A stretch of 64,000 bases of DNA from Azolla caroliniana. Taxonomy: Eukaryota; Plantae; Polypodiophyta. The DNA lies in the NCBI GenBank assembly GCA_043228905.1, contig JBHGNT010000001.1:1798001-1862000 (forward strand), written 5' to 3'. Below the pieces are notes generated by a model, which ran no database searches, had not been told where the DNA came from, and worked only from the letters and a program-made list of their open reading frames with translations. This document shows, in pieces, positions 10,783-22,117 of this stretch; position 1 is the stretch's first letter, and every line of letters begins with the position of its first letter. The translations under genes were made by a program, and so were the position numbers.

Positions 10783-11880
10783 GATCGATGACTACTCCCG
10801 CCACACGTGGATCTTTCCAATGAAGAAGAAGAGCGAAGTGCTCTCCCACTTCCAAAAGCTCAAAGGCCAAGTTGAAAAAGAAACCGGTCGGCACATTTGA
10901 TGCCTACGATTGAATGGAGGAAAGGAGTACTTCTCTGATAAATTCACCTCCTATCTCCAAAGTAAAGGTATTTGGAGAGAATTATCATGCTGACACACAC
11001 CCCAACAAAATGGAGTCGTTGAAAGGACGAATCGGCAAATACTCGAGGTAGCACGGGCCACGTTACATGAGAAGCACATGCCGAACTTCTAGTGGGCCAA
11101 CGTGGCATCCACGACCGTCTATCTCATGAACCGGTGCACCATTAATGGAGTGAATGAGCTAACTCCATATGAGCTCCTCCTCGGAAGGAAGCCGATCCTG
11201 TCGTACCTCAAGGTGTTCGGAAGCATTGCGAATGTACGCATCTCGAACGAAAACCGACAGAAGTCGGACGCGAAGTTGGAGAAATGTATCCTCGTAGGAT
11301 ACTCGTCCAAGAAGAAGGCATACAAGTACTACAACCCTTCTACCCAAGCAGTTCGGGTAAGTCGAGACTTAGTCTTCAAACGAGTCTGCATCCTGGTATG
11401 CACGAGAGACAACTTCGACTCCGACTCCGCTCGACTCGGAATCTACTGAACAAGAGGTAGAAGATGGAGATCGCTTCGAACACATGTTCGAAGAAAGTCC
11501 GATTACAACAAGGCTTAGTGGGCCACAAGAGCCCCCACGCGACCCAAGAACATCGCGGCCAAGTTTGCACTTGGACAAAGGCAAAGGTAAGATGCCGGAA
11601 TATGAAGTCTACCACCCCAACAACAGTGATTCAGATGTAAATGTCAGCTTGCTCACTAGACAGTGAGTTTGGTGTACCCATCATGCAAACACCCAGAGCA
11701 AAGAAGGCGCTCACATCGGCGAGCAAAAAACTTTGACACTCATCTAGAGCTAAGAACCTCGTCACTCGACTCGGCTACAACGAGTACATGGCCCATCACT
11801 ATGCCTTCATGATGAAGGTAGCGGCTGAACAAGAGCCCAAGTGCTCCATCGAAGTGGCTCGTAACCCATGATGGGTGGAA
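10783..11880 (+). mobile_element. Degenerate Copia integrase/linker fragment, same family as 5505-8512
   Basis: IDDYSRHTWIFPMK, KCILVGYS, EESPITTRLSGPQEPP and HYAFMMKVAA, with many stops. Confidence 0.88.
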
Positions 11881-12379
11881 GTAGTTCACCTTCGCCCACA
11901 CACTACAAGCCTTCGTCACCGGCTTGAGGGGGAGGAACCGAGATTGCCACGACGAAGAAAGCCGAAGGCCAGACGGAAGCACACGAAGCTGACGAAAGCC
12001 AAAGCGGATGTCGGCATGTTGACAGATCAAGCTCAACTTAGTTTAGATATTTAGTCAACCATGTAACTTCGTAGTTACCTAGATAGGATCTAGTTAGGAG
12101 TGTTGACTATAACGCCTTAAATAGAACCTTGTACTTAAGTGGGATATTCTAGATCCTCCATCACTCCTAAGTACATTTAATATAGAACTTACACCTTAGT
12201 ACCTATATTCTACTCACATATGTGCTCCTTTGCACATCCACTAAGCCCACCCGACTCCGTGATTGTGTGTTCGAGATGCCGACGACAAAATCCAGCTATC
12301 GGCTACCGTAGTGCCGCTACGTAGGACATGTACGTGATCGAAGGAAGAAAAGCAAAAGAAGAGAAGTCACTACATCAAA

Positions 12380-12640
12380 ATGAACACACAAATGGGTAGC
12401 TCGCTCCCTAGTGAAAAGCTAGACCAGAGCAATTATTCATCTTGGGAGTACAAGATGAACCAATACCTAGTCGGCCAAGGGTATTGGAGCGACATCAACG
12501 ACGCTCAAGAAAATCAACTCGACCCAAAGAATGCAGACTACTCAACATGGGAGCAAGCGGTGTGTCGAGTCATGTATTGCTTGGCAACATGTGTCCGCGA
12601 CCACATGCTTAGCCACATTCGAGATGCCAAATAGCATCAA
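12380..12640 (+). mobile_element. 5' gag fragment of the same old Copia family
   Basis: MNTQMGSSLPSEKLD..N..SWEYKM.QYLVGQGY matches the gag start at 8324 (minus). Confidence 0.88.
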
Positions 12641-12799
12641 AGGAATTTGTGCATGGCATCCTCCAAACTATTGAACAGAATGAACATGTACCATCCTAAA
12701 ATGTATTCTTGTTCTAAAACCAACATTAAAGAAACACTTTTGCATGGAATGGAAGATGAGATTGTCATCTTGTGTCCAACACTCTATGCCACCATCATA

Positions 12800-13720
12800 T
12801 ACATTAGATAATGTCCCAATTATCCTTCTCCAACACAAAATTATTTTTATGTTGTTCAAGTTTGTGGATGACTTCCCCAAGCAAAGTCAATCCTTAAACC
12901 CCCCTCAATATCTAGTCAAATAGTACTAGTAAATGCTTCATCCACCATCAACATTTGTCTATGGTAATTGTACAACGGCAGTGCATTGTAGTCCATCGGC
13001 TACACAATAAAATCTGTCAACCAAAATGAAGTAAGTTATGAAACATATAAAATAAACCTCCATGTCACTCAATATAAATACTTCCTCCTCCCATAACCTC
13101 ATCCTTCTCCAACAAAGCGCCATTATTATGCTTTTCAGGTATATGGATGACTTCCCCAAGAAAAGTCGATCTTTAAACCCCCTCAATGGCTAGTCTAATA
13201 GAAATAGATAAAATGTTTCCTCCTCCCATATCACATCCTTCTCTGACAAAAAATTATTATTATGTTGTTCAACTCTATGGATGACTTCATCCAAGCAAAG
13301 CCAATCCTTAAACCCCCTCAATATATTCTATAATACTAGTAAATTCTTTAGATTCCACCATCAACATTTGTCCATGGTAACCGCCCAACGGTAGTGCACC
13401 CTAGTCCATCAGCTCCACAATTAAATCTATCAAAAAGTATAACCTCTATGAAGTAACTTGTAATAAAAATATATGAAATAAACCTCTCTGTCACTCTATA
13501 GAAATGTTTGCTCTATAGAAGGATGATGATATGGGAGGAGGAAGCATTTTTTATGGGGTGACAGGGACGTTGGATACACTAATTGTATGCTACTGGGAAG
13601 CTGTCCTTATAGGAAAATCTTTTTAGTCTAAGTTTGTCGTAGAGATGGATGATGTTAATGGACGATGAAGTAGTTCTAGGGAGTGATAGGGAGGCTTGAT
13701 TATGTTTTCATTTACTTTTC
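12800..13720. repeat. Degenerate tandem plus inverted (fold-back) repeats
   Basis: GGATGACTT..CCAAG.AAAG..ATC.TTAAACCCCCTCAAT occurs three times (about 12866, 13145, 13279). TTCCTCCTCCCATATCA.ATCCTTCT (about 13217) is inverted at about 13517-13543. Confidence 0.65.
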
Positions 13721-13789
13721 AAAATTGGGGAGTGGTTTTCCTCATTTTTCTGGTGAGGATGAGTGGAGTAAACTGTCAAAATGTGTTGT

Positions 13790-13933
13790 ATTAGGATGTA
13801 TACATTTGGTAGCAGGTCATTTGTGTTGCTTACTATGGGCATGCTGAAGAAGGATTGAAATGGTTCAAAGGTAGGAGCTGTGAGGGCTGGTCTCAGGATG
13901 CAACTACATTGGTTTCTATCTAAGGAATATCTT
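13790..13933 (+). pseudogene. Decayed PLS-class PPR gene, part left of the LTR nest
   Basis: DVYIW*QVICVAYYGHAEEGLKWFKGRSCEGWSQDATTLVSI resembles a P-motif. Confidence 0.6.
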
Positions 13934-14166
13934 TGTTACGGGCATGACCATATAATATCCCGTGGTGAGAATTTACCGTAGTATTCTATACACGCGGATA
14001 AGTGTGAGGGTTAAACGAGAGTGTAAAGAAGGGGATGATTACTTTTAAATCCTCAGGATTGAGACAACCCATTAGGCCAAGTGTGAACTTGCATGGGGGC
14101 CTTGGGTATGGGGGCCTTGGGTATCGCTATAAATAAGAGGCCTAGCTACCCTCATTTGATTATCTT
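13934..14166 (+). repeat. Element A 5' LTR (left part only)
   Basis: Matches the start of the 3' LTR (37177 to about 37394). Interrupted by element B. Confidence 0.92.
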
Positions 14167-14599
14167 TGTTACCGGCTGGCAAAGGAGTACAGAGTGTGAA
14201 ACGGGGAGTTATTTAATTAGTAGGAATGGTTGTAAGTAACTTATGAGTGTGGACGGACGGACCGGAATCGGTATGCCGTTCCGGATCCGAACCGATCCCA
14301 AACAGGTGCGGATGGCACCGTTTTGTAATACAGACCGGAAGCCTATTTAAAGGCCCGGATACAATGTAATGAATAGCGGTTAATTAATAAAGCTTAGTGT
14401 TGTTATCTCTCTGTGTTAATTGTTGTTCTGCATTCATTGTTATATCTTACGCGTGTGATTATTAAAGACGATCATGCTAAGTAACCTAATTAAGTCGGAT
14501 TAATCGTTGAGTCTAATCCTGTTGCCGTAACACCCCTTCGGTGAAGTGTCTTCCGTAGACACCCTGTGTTAGGCCATTGTCCGGCCCTAAGAGTTAACA
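14167..14599 (+). repeat. Element B 5' LTR
   Basis: TGTTA...TAACA. Direct repeat of 28043-28470. Confidence 0.95.
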
Positions 14600-14606
14600 C
14601 AGTTTT

Positions 14607-14616
14607 TGGCGACCAC
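14607..14616 (+). promoter_or_regulatory. Element B PBS, probably tRNA-Arg
   Basis: TGGCGACCAC after a T-rich 7-nt spacer. Complementary to the recalled plant tRNA-Arg(UCG) 3' end GUGGUCGCCA. Confidence 0.7.
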
Positions 14617-14652
14617 GATTCCTGTTTTTGCAGCGAACGACGACACAGATGG

Positions 14653-15634
14653 ATGACTAGATCAACGCACGACCTGGTTATAGATCGAACTCGACGCCTT
14701 GCAGAAAGGCAAAGGAGACGTGAGGCTTTCCAACAAGCGGCGCAGGAAATTAGAGCGGATCGCTCGTTTTCCAACGTAATCCGGAGAGTAGTGGAGGACT
14801 CCCTCTGGTTACAGCAAACATCGCACCCGGACGACGGCAGCAGCCTAAGCAGCCTCTGGGAAACCGAATCCCTTCTCCAGGCGTTGGCAAACGGAGAAGG
14901 CGAAGCAGAAGCCTTTTCAGCGTATGAATCGGACTCCGAAGGGGAATACAGCGTGCACACGAACTACCGTAGCAGCAACGAAACCCCGGGCAGACCGGAG
15001 GACGAAGGATCGGATACCTTACCGACACTGGAACCGGAAGTGCTAATGCTGGAACCCCCGAAACCAGTAGAGGAGAGGCCTCTGTCACCAAAAGAAGAGG
15101 AAAGACCACCGACGCCGGAAACAAATCGGGAAAGACCACCGACGCCGGAGAAAATCCCGGAACGAGCACCAACACTGCCAGCCCGCGCACCGATACCGGA
15201 CGACGACATGTCGTTCCAGTACTCCAAGTATAGAGATGATCCGAACGCGGAAGCTCACGTGCACGCCTTTGAACAGACCTGGGAAGCCAACCATGTGTCC
15301 CAGCAATTGACCTCGGATGAAGAGGAACGCTCTAAGATAGCGGAATTTGGCGTCACATTGGAGGAACCGGTAGCAAGATGGCGCCGGACGGAGGACCCGT
15401 CTACCATTAACACTTTTGTAGATTTAAAAGCTAAATTCTTGCATTTTTTCCGAAAGGAGGTGGACCAGACCGTAATGGTAGGCTTATTTTATACCATCCA
15501 ACAGGAGGCAGGGGAGAGCATTCCCCAATTTGTCATCCGGTTTCAACGGATGCATAGTCAGCTTGCCCGCGCACCCCCGAAGGAGGAATTACGGACTATA
15601 TTCCTAAATGCGCTCCAGGAACCCCTACGCACGG
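14653..15634 (+). pseudogene. Element B gag, 5' part
   Basis: Retrotransposon-Gag-like ORF. ..EPLRT|VCTIIDF rejoins in frame at 22920 once element D is removed. Confidence 0.85.
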
Positions 15635-16432
15635 TGTCGTGAAGAAAACCGTCCATAAGCGGAATCGGCAGACCAAGGCGTGGGAACCGGTTCCTCACGC
15701 GCGCACGCTCCAAGTCGAACATAGAAGCGAGTTAGGAGGATATTCGGCAGGAACGGGCCCTAACACGAGTGGAGACAAAGACCGCGCGAACAGTCTTTTC
15801 GGTCGCGCGCGCGAGCTAAGGGACGGCACGAGTCGGCGGCGTAACTACGCGTATGCGTGAAGAACGGAGCGGATCCCTGTTCGAAAGGGACAGGGGATAA
15901 AGCTGACATGACGGCCTGCTCGTCGAGATATATAAGGAACAGGAAAGAGCTGTAAAAGGGGGATCGCGCAGAGAGGAGGAAGTGCTGTCGGACCGTTTCT
16001 GGACGCTTCACTCTCTGTTTCCTTCCTTCTTGAGCTCCATAGCTTTCTGTGCAGAGTTCCGAGGAGGCTCGCGCTGTTTCGAGGAACGCCCGAGTGCTTC
16101 CGGCAGCACCTCCGACCTGCTACCCCCCCCCCTTTGTGCGTTGAAGCGAACAGGCATCGGCATCTGTTCGCCGGCCTGTTCGGTTGCGACCAACCTGTGC
16201 CCCATCGGGGGTTGTAGTCGTGCTAGCCATTTTTCTTAATATACATATTTAGTCATTCGCATCTGTCTGTGCCGGTGTCTGTTCGCGTTCTCCGTGCTGA
16301 AGGGCCGTGTCCCTGTGTATCCCCGGTCCTGCGTAGCCGGTTCTCCCTCTTTCTCCTCCCTCGCTTGCTCTTTGGTTCGAGGCCCCCGCGGTCCCGCCTC
16401 GTTTCCACACGCACTTGCGTAATACCTCGACA
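15635..16432 (+). repeat. Element D 5' LTR
   Basis: Direct repeat of 22118-22915. Confidence 0.97.
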
Positions 16433-16436
16433 TCTT

Positions 16437-16453
16437 TGGTGAACCCGACGTGA
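16437..16453 (+). promoter_or_regulatory. Element D PBS, tRNA-Trp
   Basis: TGGTGAACCCGACGTGA is the reverse complement of the recalled plant cytosolic tRNA-Trp 3' end UCACGUCGGGUUCACCA. Confidence 0.85.
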
Positions 16454-16476
16454 AAGAGGCGGCAGAAGAGCAGAAG

Positions 16477-18567
16477 ATGAGGGGGTCGGATCTTGCAGAA
16501 GCCATGGCTTCGGCCGTGGATCGGATTGTAAACGCGCGCGAGGGCACCAGTGCCCTCGACAGAGCTATTGAGGCGGTCGTCGGCACGATCGGCCGGTTCG
16601 ATGGGAGGGATGCCACGAAGTATCTGGCGTCCTACGGTGCAGAAATGTTGATGCGGGACATTCCGGAAGAAAGGCGTCTTGCCGGATTTCCCCGAGTGGC
16701 AATGCCGAGCATCCATGCGGAGGTGCTCGAGGTGCGGCTCCTAGAGAAATACGGGCTGGACGACGCGCTCCGGCTTTCGAAGCGAAGGTTCATGGAATGG
16801 GTGGAGTCCCCGGGGAAGGGAAGAAATGCGTCGGCACTCCTCCGGGAGTTCGAGGAAAACTTTGCGCGCCTTTCGGCGCTCGACCGAACCATCCTGGACA
16901 CGAGCCGGGTCTTGCTGTTTGTCAAGTCGGTCGACGAGCGGGATCGGGAGCAAGTGGGCCTCTTGCTGGAAACCGAAGACGGGCTCACTACCGACTGGGC
17001 GGCTGTCAAGAAGGTCTGTGGCCGTTTCGACAAACGGCGAGAATGGGCGGATAACGGGGTAACCGGGTCGGGCTCGGTCGCAGCAAGGAAGTTCGAACCA
17101 GCGCCACAGGTGCGGAAGGAAGAGACCCGAGAGTGGTTGGAAACCGGTTCGGCTTCGACCGGCGTAGTCAGAGGCTCAACCGGAGGAGCGGCGCTGGAGG
17201 AATTGACGAGGGCGGTAAAGGACCTCCAAATCGCGCAAGCCCGAAGGGAAGGTGGCGAACCGGCTCGTGACCGACGGCCGACGGCAGGAAACAGGTGCAT
17301 GTGGTGCGATGAAGTCGGCCACATTCGGAAGGACTGCGGCGACTTCGCGGAGGCGCTAAGGGACAGGGTGGTGTACCTGTGGGAAGGGCGGGTGCATGCC
17401 AGCGACACCCGAAGGGCCCTGAGCCGAAACGACGGGCGAGGTGGTATGAAAAGGTTGATGGAAGAGGCAGCGGCCCGACACGCGGAAACCGTCCACTACT
17501 CGGCGTCGGCCGGCATTCGAGTCGGGGGCGGCGAGGCCCAAAAGGAAAGCAAAGCCGGATTCTGGCCGACGATGCTGGGAGGCCTTGCCGGTGCAAGGCT
17601 TAAAGGGGAGGAATCGGACCGCGCGGAGAAACGAGTATGGGAGATAACCGGGTGGAGCGACCCGGTCGAGGAAAGGACGGGCTTCGTGGAAGCCGCTTGC
17701 CAGAACTACGAGGCTCTGGTAGAAGAGAAGCGGGTGGGGAAACCCGGGACGACCGGGCCCTCACAACGATACGAGACCCGGTCCGGGCCACGACGGGACG
17801 AAGCCGGCGGGGCCGGTACGAAAGATAAACCCCAGAAGGGCGGGTACCGTCTGGGGACGGAGATAGAAAGGACCACGGACTTACGAAAGGTCCTGGAGGA
17901 ACGGATCCTCGACAGCAAGGTGGAGCTGTCGTTACGAGAGGTGCTGGGAATCGCCAAGAAGGAGTTCCACGACTCCATCGTGGACTTGGTGAAACGGAAG
18001 AGGCTGTCAACGGAGACAGAACCGGAAAGACCAGTGGAAGTGCGGACGACGCACCTAGACGACATGGCGCTGGGAGACGAGTGGGCGGAAAGCCACTATT
18101 CGAGACCACACTGGGCCCGAGCGACCACGGAAACCCCGGTGAAGATCGGCGATGTCCAGGAACCGGTGATAGCTTTGGTGGACCACGGGTCGGAGATCAA
18201 CTTGATGTCCATGGACTTCTATAAGAAGGGCAAATGGCCGATCAACACCAAGCACGGGTGGAAAATAAGGGCGGCAACGCGCGCCACCGAGGAGCTGCAC
18301 GGGGCCTGTCCGAATGTGCGAGTCAAGATCGGCGACGTCGAGATTGACCAGCACTTCTTCGTGCAGGAGACATCTTCGCATCCGGTCATACTGGGAGAGC
18401 CGTACATCACGGCGGCGCGGATGGAGACCAAGGTGCTGGACAACGGTTCGGCCTACGCGAGGGTCAAAAGCCAAGACGGGCGCCATTCGGTCCAGTTTCT
18501 GACGGTACGGCCGAACCACGAACGTAACCGCGACTCCCTCGGTTCCGAAAACCGAGAGGATTTTTAG
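16477..18567 (+). CDS. Element D ORF1: Gag (CCHC knuckle) plus aspartic protease
   Basis: CMWCDEVGHIRKDC knuckle, ALVDHGSEINLM and VILGEPY protease motifs. First ATG at 16477. Confidence 0.9.
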   Translation: MRGSDLAEAMASAVDRIVNAREGTSALDRAIEAVVGTIGRFDGRDATKYLASYGAEMLMRDIPEERRLAGFPRVAMPSIHAEVLEVRLLEKYGLDDALRLSKRRFMEWVESPGKGRNASALLREFEENFARLSALDRTILDTSRVLLFVKSVDERDREQVGLLLETEDGLTTDWAAVKKVCGRFDKRREWADNGVTGSGSVAARKFEPAPQVRKEETREWLETGSASTGVVRGSTGGAALEELTRAVKDLQIAQARREGGEPARDRRPTAGNRCMWCDEVGHIRKDCGDFAEALRDRVVYLWEGRVHASDTRRALSRNDGRGGMKRLMEEAAARHAETVHYSASAGIRVGGGEAQKESKAGFWPTMLGGLAGARLKGEESDRAEKRVWEITGWSDPVEERTGFVEAACQNYEALVEEKRVGKPGTTGPSQRYETRSGPRRDEAGGAGTKDKPQKGGYRLGTEIERTTDLRKVLEERILDSKVELSLREVLGIAKKEFHDSIVDLVKRKRLSTETEPERPVEVRTTHLDDMALGDEWAESHYSRPHWARATTETPVKIGDVQEPVIALVDHGSEINLMSMDFYKKGKWPINTKHGWKIRAATRATEELHGACPNVRVKIGDVEIDQHFFVQETSSHPVILGEPYITAARMETKVLDNGSAYARVKSQDGRHSVQFLTVRPNHERNRDSLGSENREDF

Positions 18568-21500
18568 AGAGGACTGCCAAGGCGTGGGGCCGCGACAGTC
18601 CGGATGCTCCGGGAAAACCCCACATCTGTACGATAAAACCGTGTACAATAGGTAGGAAATTTTGCTTCTCCGACAGCGGAGCATGTACGTTGGTCGGCAT
18701 CGCCGGCCGAGAGAAAACAAAGACGGAGGGGAGACTTCGGGCGTGCGGAGTTCTCGGCCCTGACGAAGAAATCAACGGAGCCGTGGAGGCAGTCTCCTTC
18801 GACGACACCTTGGGGATGCTGGGGAGGGTAGTCGAAGAAGACCTTATCGAGGACCGGGCGATACCGGTATGTTCAGAAGAAATGTACGAAGTCATCGCGG
18901 ACTTCGGTCGAGGGCTCGAGTCGGAACGGACGGCCCGAGTTAGCACCAAGTACAAGACTGTGGACCGGAAGGTGAGGCCAGTTGCGGCGCCCCTACCGGA
19001 GGGCAGCGAATCCCGAATCAAAGGGGTTGCATCGGACCCCAGCTTACGGGATCCGGCCTGCATAGGACACACCTTCACCAACGAGACGCTCCGCGAGCTG
19101 AAGATCGGTGGGGGCGGGTTCCTACTGCCGGCGGAGGAAGACCGGTTCCGGAGAATGCTCGGAAGGCACGGGAAAGCCTTCGCATTCTCACCGGAGGAAA
19201 TCGGGTGCGTAGACCCGACGATCGTAGAACCGATGGTGATATTCACGGTACCGCATGTACCGTGGAATCTCAAGCCAATTCCGGTTCCGAGAGCTCACAT
19301 CCCGAAGTTGATGGAGCTGTTGAAGCAGAAAGTTGATATGGGCATTCTCGAGCCGTCGAGCGCCCCGTACTCGAACCGATGGTTTACCGTACCAAAGAAA
19401 AACGGATCATTGCGCTTCATTCAGGACCTGCAGCCGGTCAACAGAGTGACCATTCGGAACGCAGGGATCGGACCGACCATAGACGAGTTCGCGGAGGCCT
19501 TCGCCGGAAGGTCGATTTACTCGGTCGGTGATCTATACTCAGGGTACGACCAGTTCCAGCTAGCCGTGGAGAGCAGAGACATTACGACGATGCGAACTCC
19601 CCTCGGCCTAGTGCGGATGTGTACGCTGCCGCAAGGAGGGACCAACTCGGTGGCCCACATGGTGAATGCAATGAACAAGGTGCTGAGGGACTGCATCCCG
19701 GACATCACCATGCCGTTTCTAGACGACATCCCGATCAAGGGATGCCCGGTAGAAGAGAAGGACGAGACGATCGGGCCGGACGGATGCCGGCGATTCGTGG
19801 TAACGCACATCGACGACTGCGAGAAGGTGCTGCAAAGGCTAGAGGATGCGAGGCTCACCTTCTCGGGGGAGAAGTCAGCCTTCGGGCAGTCGGAAATCAT
19901 GGTGGTCGGACATTTATGTGGACCATATGGCCGGAGACCGTCTCCGGCAAAGATAGAAGCCATCTCCGCGATGAAGCCTGATTGCAGCTCGGTCACGGAA
20001 GTACGAAGATTCTTGGGGGCATGCGCCTTCTACCACATATGGATCCCGCATTACGCGCACGTCGCGGAGCCGCTGTACGGATTATTGAAGAAAGGGCGAA
20101 GATTCGAATGGCTAGACAAGCACACGGAGTCGGTCCGGAAGCTGAAGGAGGCTCTTTCGGCAGCACCGGCGCTCCGAAAGGCCGTCTACAGGAAGGGCAC
20201 CCCAGTGTACATAACGGTTGACACGAGTCCGACCGGAATCGGGTGGGTCGTCAACCAAGAAGATGAGGACGGCAATCGGTTTCCGATCCGATTCGGTGCG
20301 AAGGTCCTCAGCGAACGGCAGCGAGGATACGCCCAGGTTAAACGCGAACTCTGGGGTATCGTTTCGGCGGTGAAGGCCGACAAGGACTATCTGATCGGGA
20401 CAGAGGTAATCATAGAGACAGATTGCATGCCGATTCTCGGCATGATTTCCGGATGCGCGACGCCGGACCTGGCAATGCTCAGGTGGATAGCGTACATCAA
20501 GTCCCTGGACCCGGAAATACGACACATTTCCGGGAAAGACAACGCCATGGCCGACATGCTTTCAAGGGCGAGATTCGATGACGAGGGCGGCATGGTTTCG
20601 GAGGACGAAGACGTCGGCGTGGACTTCTTCGAGACTGCGTATGTAACAACCGACGGAACAAGCACTCCGGCGCTTAACGACTTCGACGCGAGCAAGTACG
20701 ACGGGGAGTGGCTGCAGATCGGTGGGTTTTTGAAGACAATGACGCCCGATGCGTCATGGACGAAGGACGAGGCCAACCGGATCCGGAAGAAAGCGTACCG
20801 GTTCTTTCTCCGGGATGGCTATCTATGGAAGCACCCGAAGAAGAAGGACGGCGCTCCGCTCCGGGTGGTGGCGATGAAGGAAGAACAGGAGGAGCTGCTG
20901 ACGGCCTACCACGACAGCCCTTGGGCTGGACACCGTGGAACATGGGCTACGTTTGAGAAACTGAAGGGGAAGTATTGGTGGCCGGGGCAGTACCGGGACG
21001 TGCATCGGTTCGTGACAACTTGCGAGAGCTGTCAGATGCACTCCATAGTCCGACATCGGGACGAGCTTCACCCCACGTACCCTCCGACCATCCACTTCAA
21101 ATGGATGGTAGATCTGGTGACGATGCCAATGGGGGTAGGACAGATGCGGTACCTGGTCCTAGCGCAGGAGGATCTGACGAACCAGGTGGAAGGCCGGGCC
21201 CTTCCGAACAAAACGACCGCGGCCGTATGCCGGTTCCTAATCGAGGACGTGATATGCCGGTACGGGTGCGTCGGGAAGATCGTGGCTGACCGAGGGGAGT
21301 TGGACGCCGAAGAAGCCGCGGAGCTGTTCGGCCGGCTGGGAGTCAAGCTCTCGCTCACCACTGCGTACAATCCGGAGGCGAATGGAAAGGTGGAGCGCGG
21401 ACACGGACCGATCGTCAAGGCGTTGGTTCGGGCATGCGGAGGCCGAGTCGGTGACTGGCCGCGGCTGCTACCTTATGCTTTGTGGGCAGACCGGACCACG

Positions 21501-22046
21501 CACAGTTCGGTAACCGGGTACATGCCGACGGAGCTCATGTTCGGCCAGAAGCCGATCATGCCGATAGAACGGGCTATCTCCTCGTGGGCAACGGTCGACT
21601 GGAGGGACGAGATGAGCCGGGAGGAGTTGTTGGCCGCGCGCATACGACAGCTCGAGCGGAGACCGGAGGACGTGGAACTGGCTGCGGAGAAGCTCCGGGT
21701 GGCGAGGAAAAAGAACAAAGCCAGGTTCGACCGAACGCACCGGCTCCGACCGAAGAAAATCGAAGAAGGTGACTGGGTGCTCGTCTACGACAGCAGCCTC
21801 GACAACCAGCACCGAGCTACACGGAAGTTCGCACGAAGGTGGTTCGGGCCTTACGTGGTACGGAGCGCCAATGACAACGGGACATATCACCTGGCGGAAC
21901 TCGACGGCACGAGAATGGCGATACCGGTTGCAGGGAAGCGGATCAAGGCGTTCAAGAAGCGACACGACGACGAGCCAGACCCGGCTCTCCTGGTCAGCAG
22001 TGACGAACGATCCGAAAACGAGGAAGAACCGACGGGCGAGGAATGA
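18558..22046 (+). CDS. Element D ORF2: RT, RNase H, integrase (reached by predicted -1 frameshift)
   Basis: The -1 frame is open from the slippery site at 18558. Motifs DLYSGYDQ, LPQG, FLDD, VDTS, HHCC, D-D-E and the GPY motif. No chromodomain. Confidence 0.92.
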   Translation, partial: GFLERTAKAWGRDSPDAPGKPHICTIKPCTIGRKFCFSDSGACTLVGIAGREKTKTEGRLRACGVLGPDEEINGAVEAVSFDDTLGMLGRVVEEDLIEDRAIPVCSEEMYEVIADFGRGLESERTARVSTKYKTVDRKVRPVAAPLPEGSESRIKGVASDPSLRDPACIGHTFTNETLRELKIGGGGFLLPAEEDRFRRMLGRHGKAFAFSPEEIGCVDPTIVEPMVIFTVPHVPWNLKPIPVPRAHIPKLMELLKQKVDMGILEPSSAPYSNRWFTVPKKNGSLRFIQDLQPVNRVTIRNAGIGPTIDEFAEAFAGRSIYSVGDLYSGYDQFQLAVESRDITTMRTPLGLVRMCTLPQGGTNSVAHMVNAMNKVLRDCIPDITMPFLDDIPIKGCPVEEKDETIGPDGCRRFVVTHIDDCEKVLQRLEDARLTFSGEKSAFGQSEIMVVGHLCGPYGRRPSPAKIEAISAMKPDCSSVTEVRRFLGACAFYHIWIPHYAHVAEPLYGLLKKGRRFEWLDKHTESVRKLKEALSAAPALRKAVYRKGTPVYITVDTSPTGIGWVVNQEDEDGNRFPIRFGAKVLSERQRGYAQVKRELWGIVSAVKADKDYLIGTEVIIETDCMPILGMISGCATPDLAMLRWIAYIKSLDPEIRHISGKDNAMADMLSRARFDDEGGMVSEDEDVGVDFFETAYVTTDGTSTPALNDFDASKYDGEWLQIGGFLKTMTPDASWTKDEANRIRKKAYRFFLRDGYLWKHPKKKDGAPLRVVAMKEEQEELLTAYHDSPWAGHRGTWATFEKLKGKYWWPGQYRDVHRFVTTCESCQMHSIVRHRDELHPTYPPTIHFKWMVDLVTMPMGVGQMRYLVLAQEDLTNQVEGRALPNKTTAAVCRFLIEDVICRYGCVGKIVADRGELDAEEAAELFGRLGVKLSLTTAYNPEANGKVERGHGPIVKALVRACGGRVGDWPRLLPYALWADRTTHSSVTGYMPTELMFGQKPIMPIERAISSWATVDWRDEMSREELLAARIRQLERRPEDVELAAEKLRVARKKNKARFDRTHRLRPKKIEEGDWVLVYDSSLDNQHRATRKFARRWFGPYVVRSANDNGTYHLAELDGTRMAIPVAGKRIKAFKKRHDDEPDPALLVSSDERSENEEEPTGEE

Positions 22047-22117
22047 AGACGGGCCGGTTTTCTCCGTCCCAACTTTCTTGGCGCATACCGGAGGATGCGC
22101 GGTTAGGTGGGGGCGGA

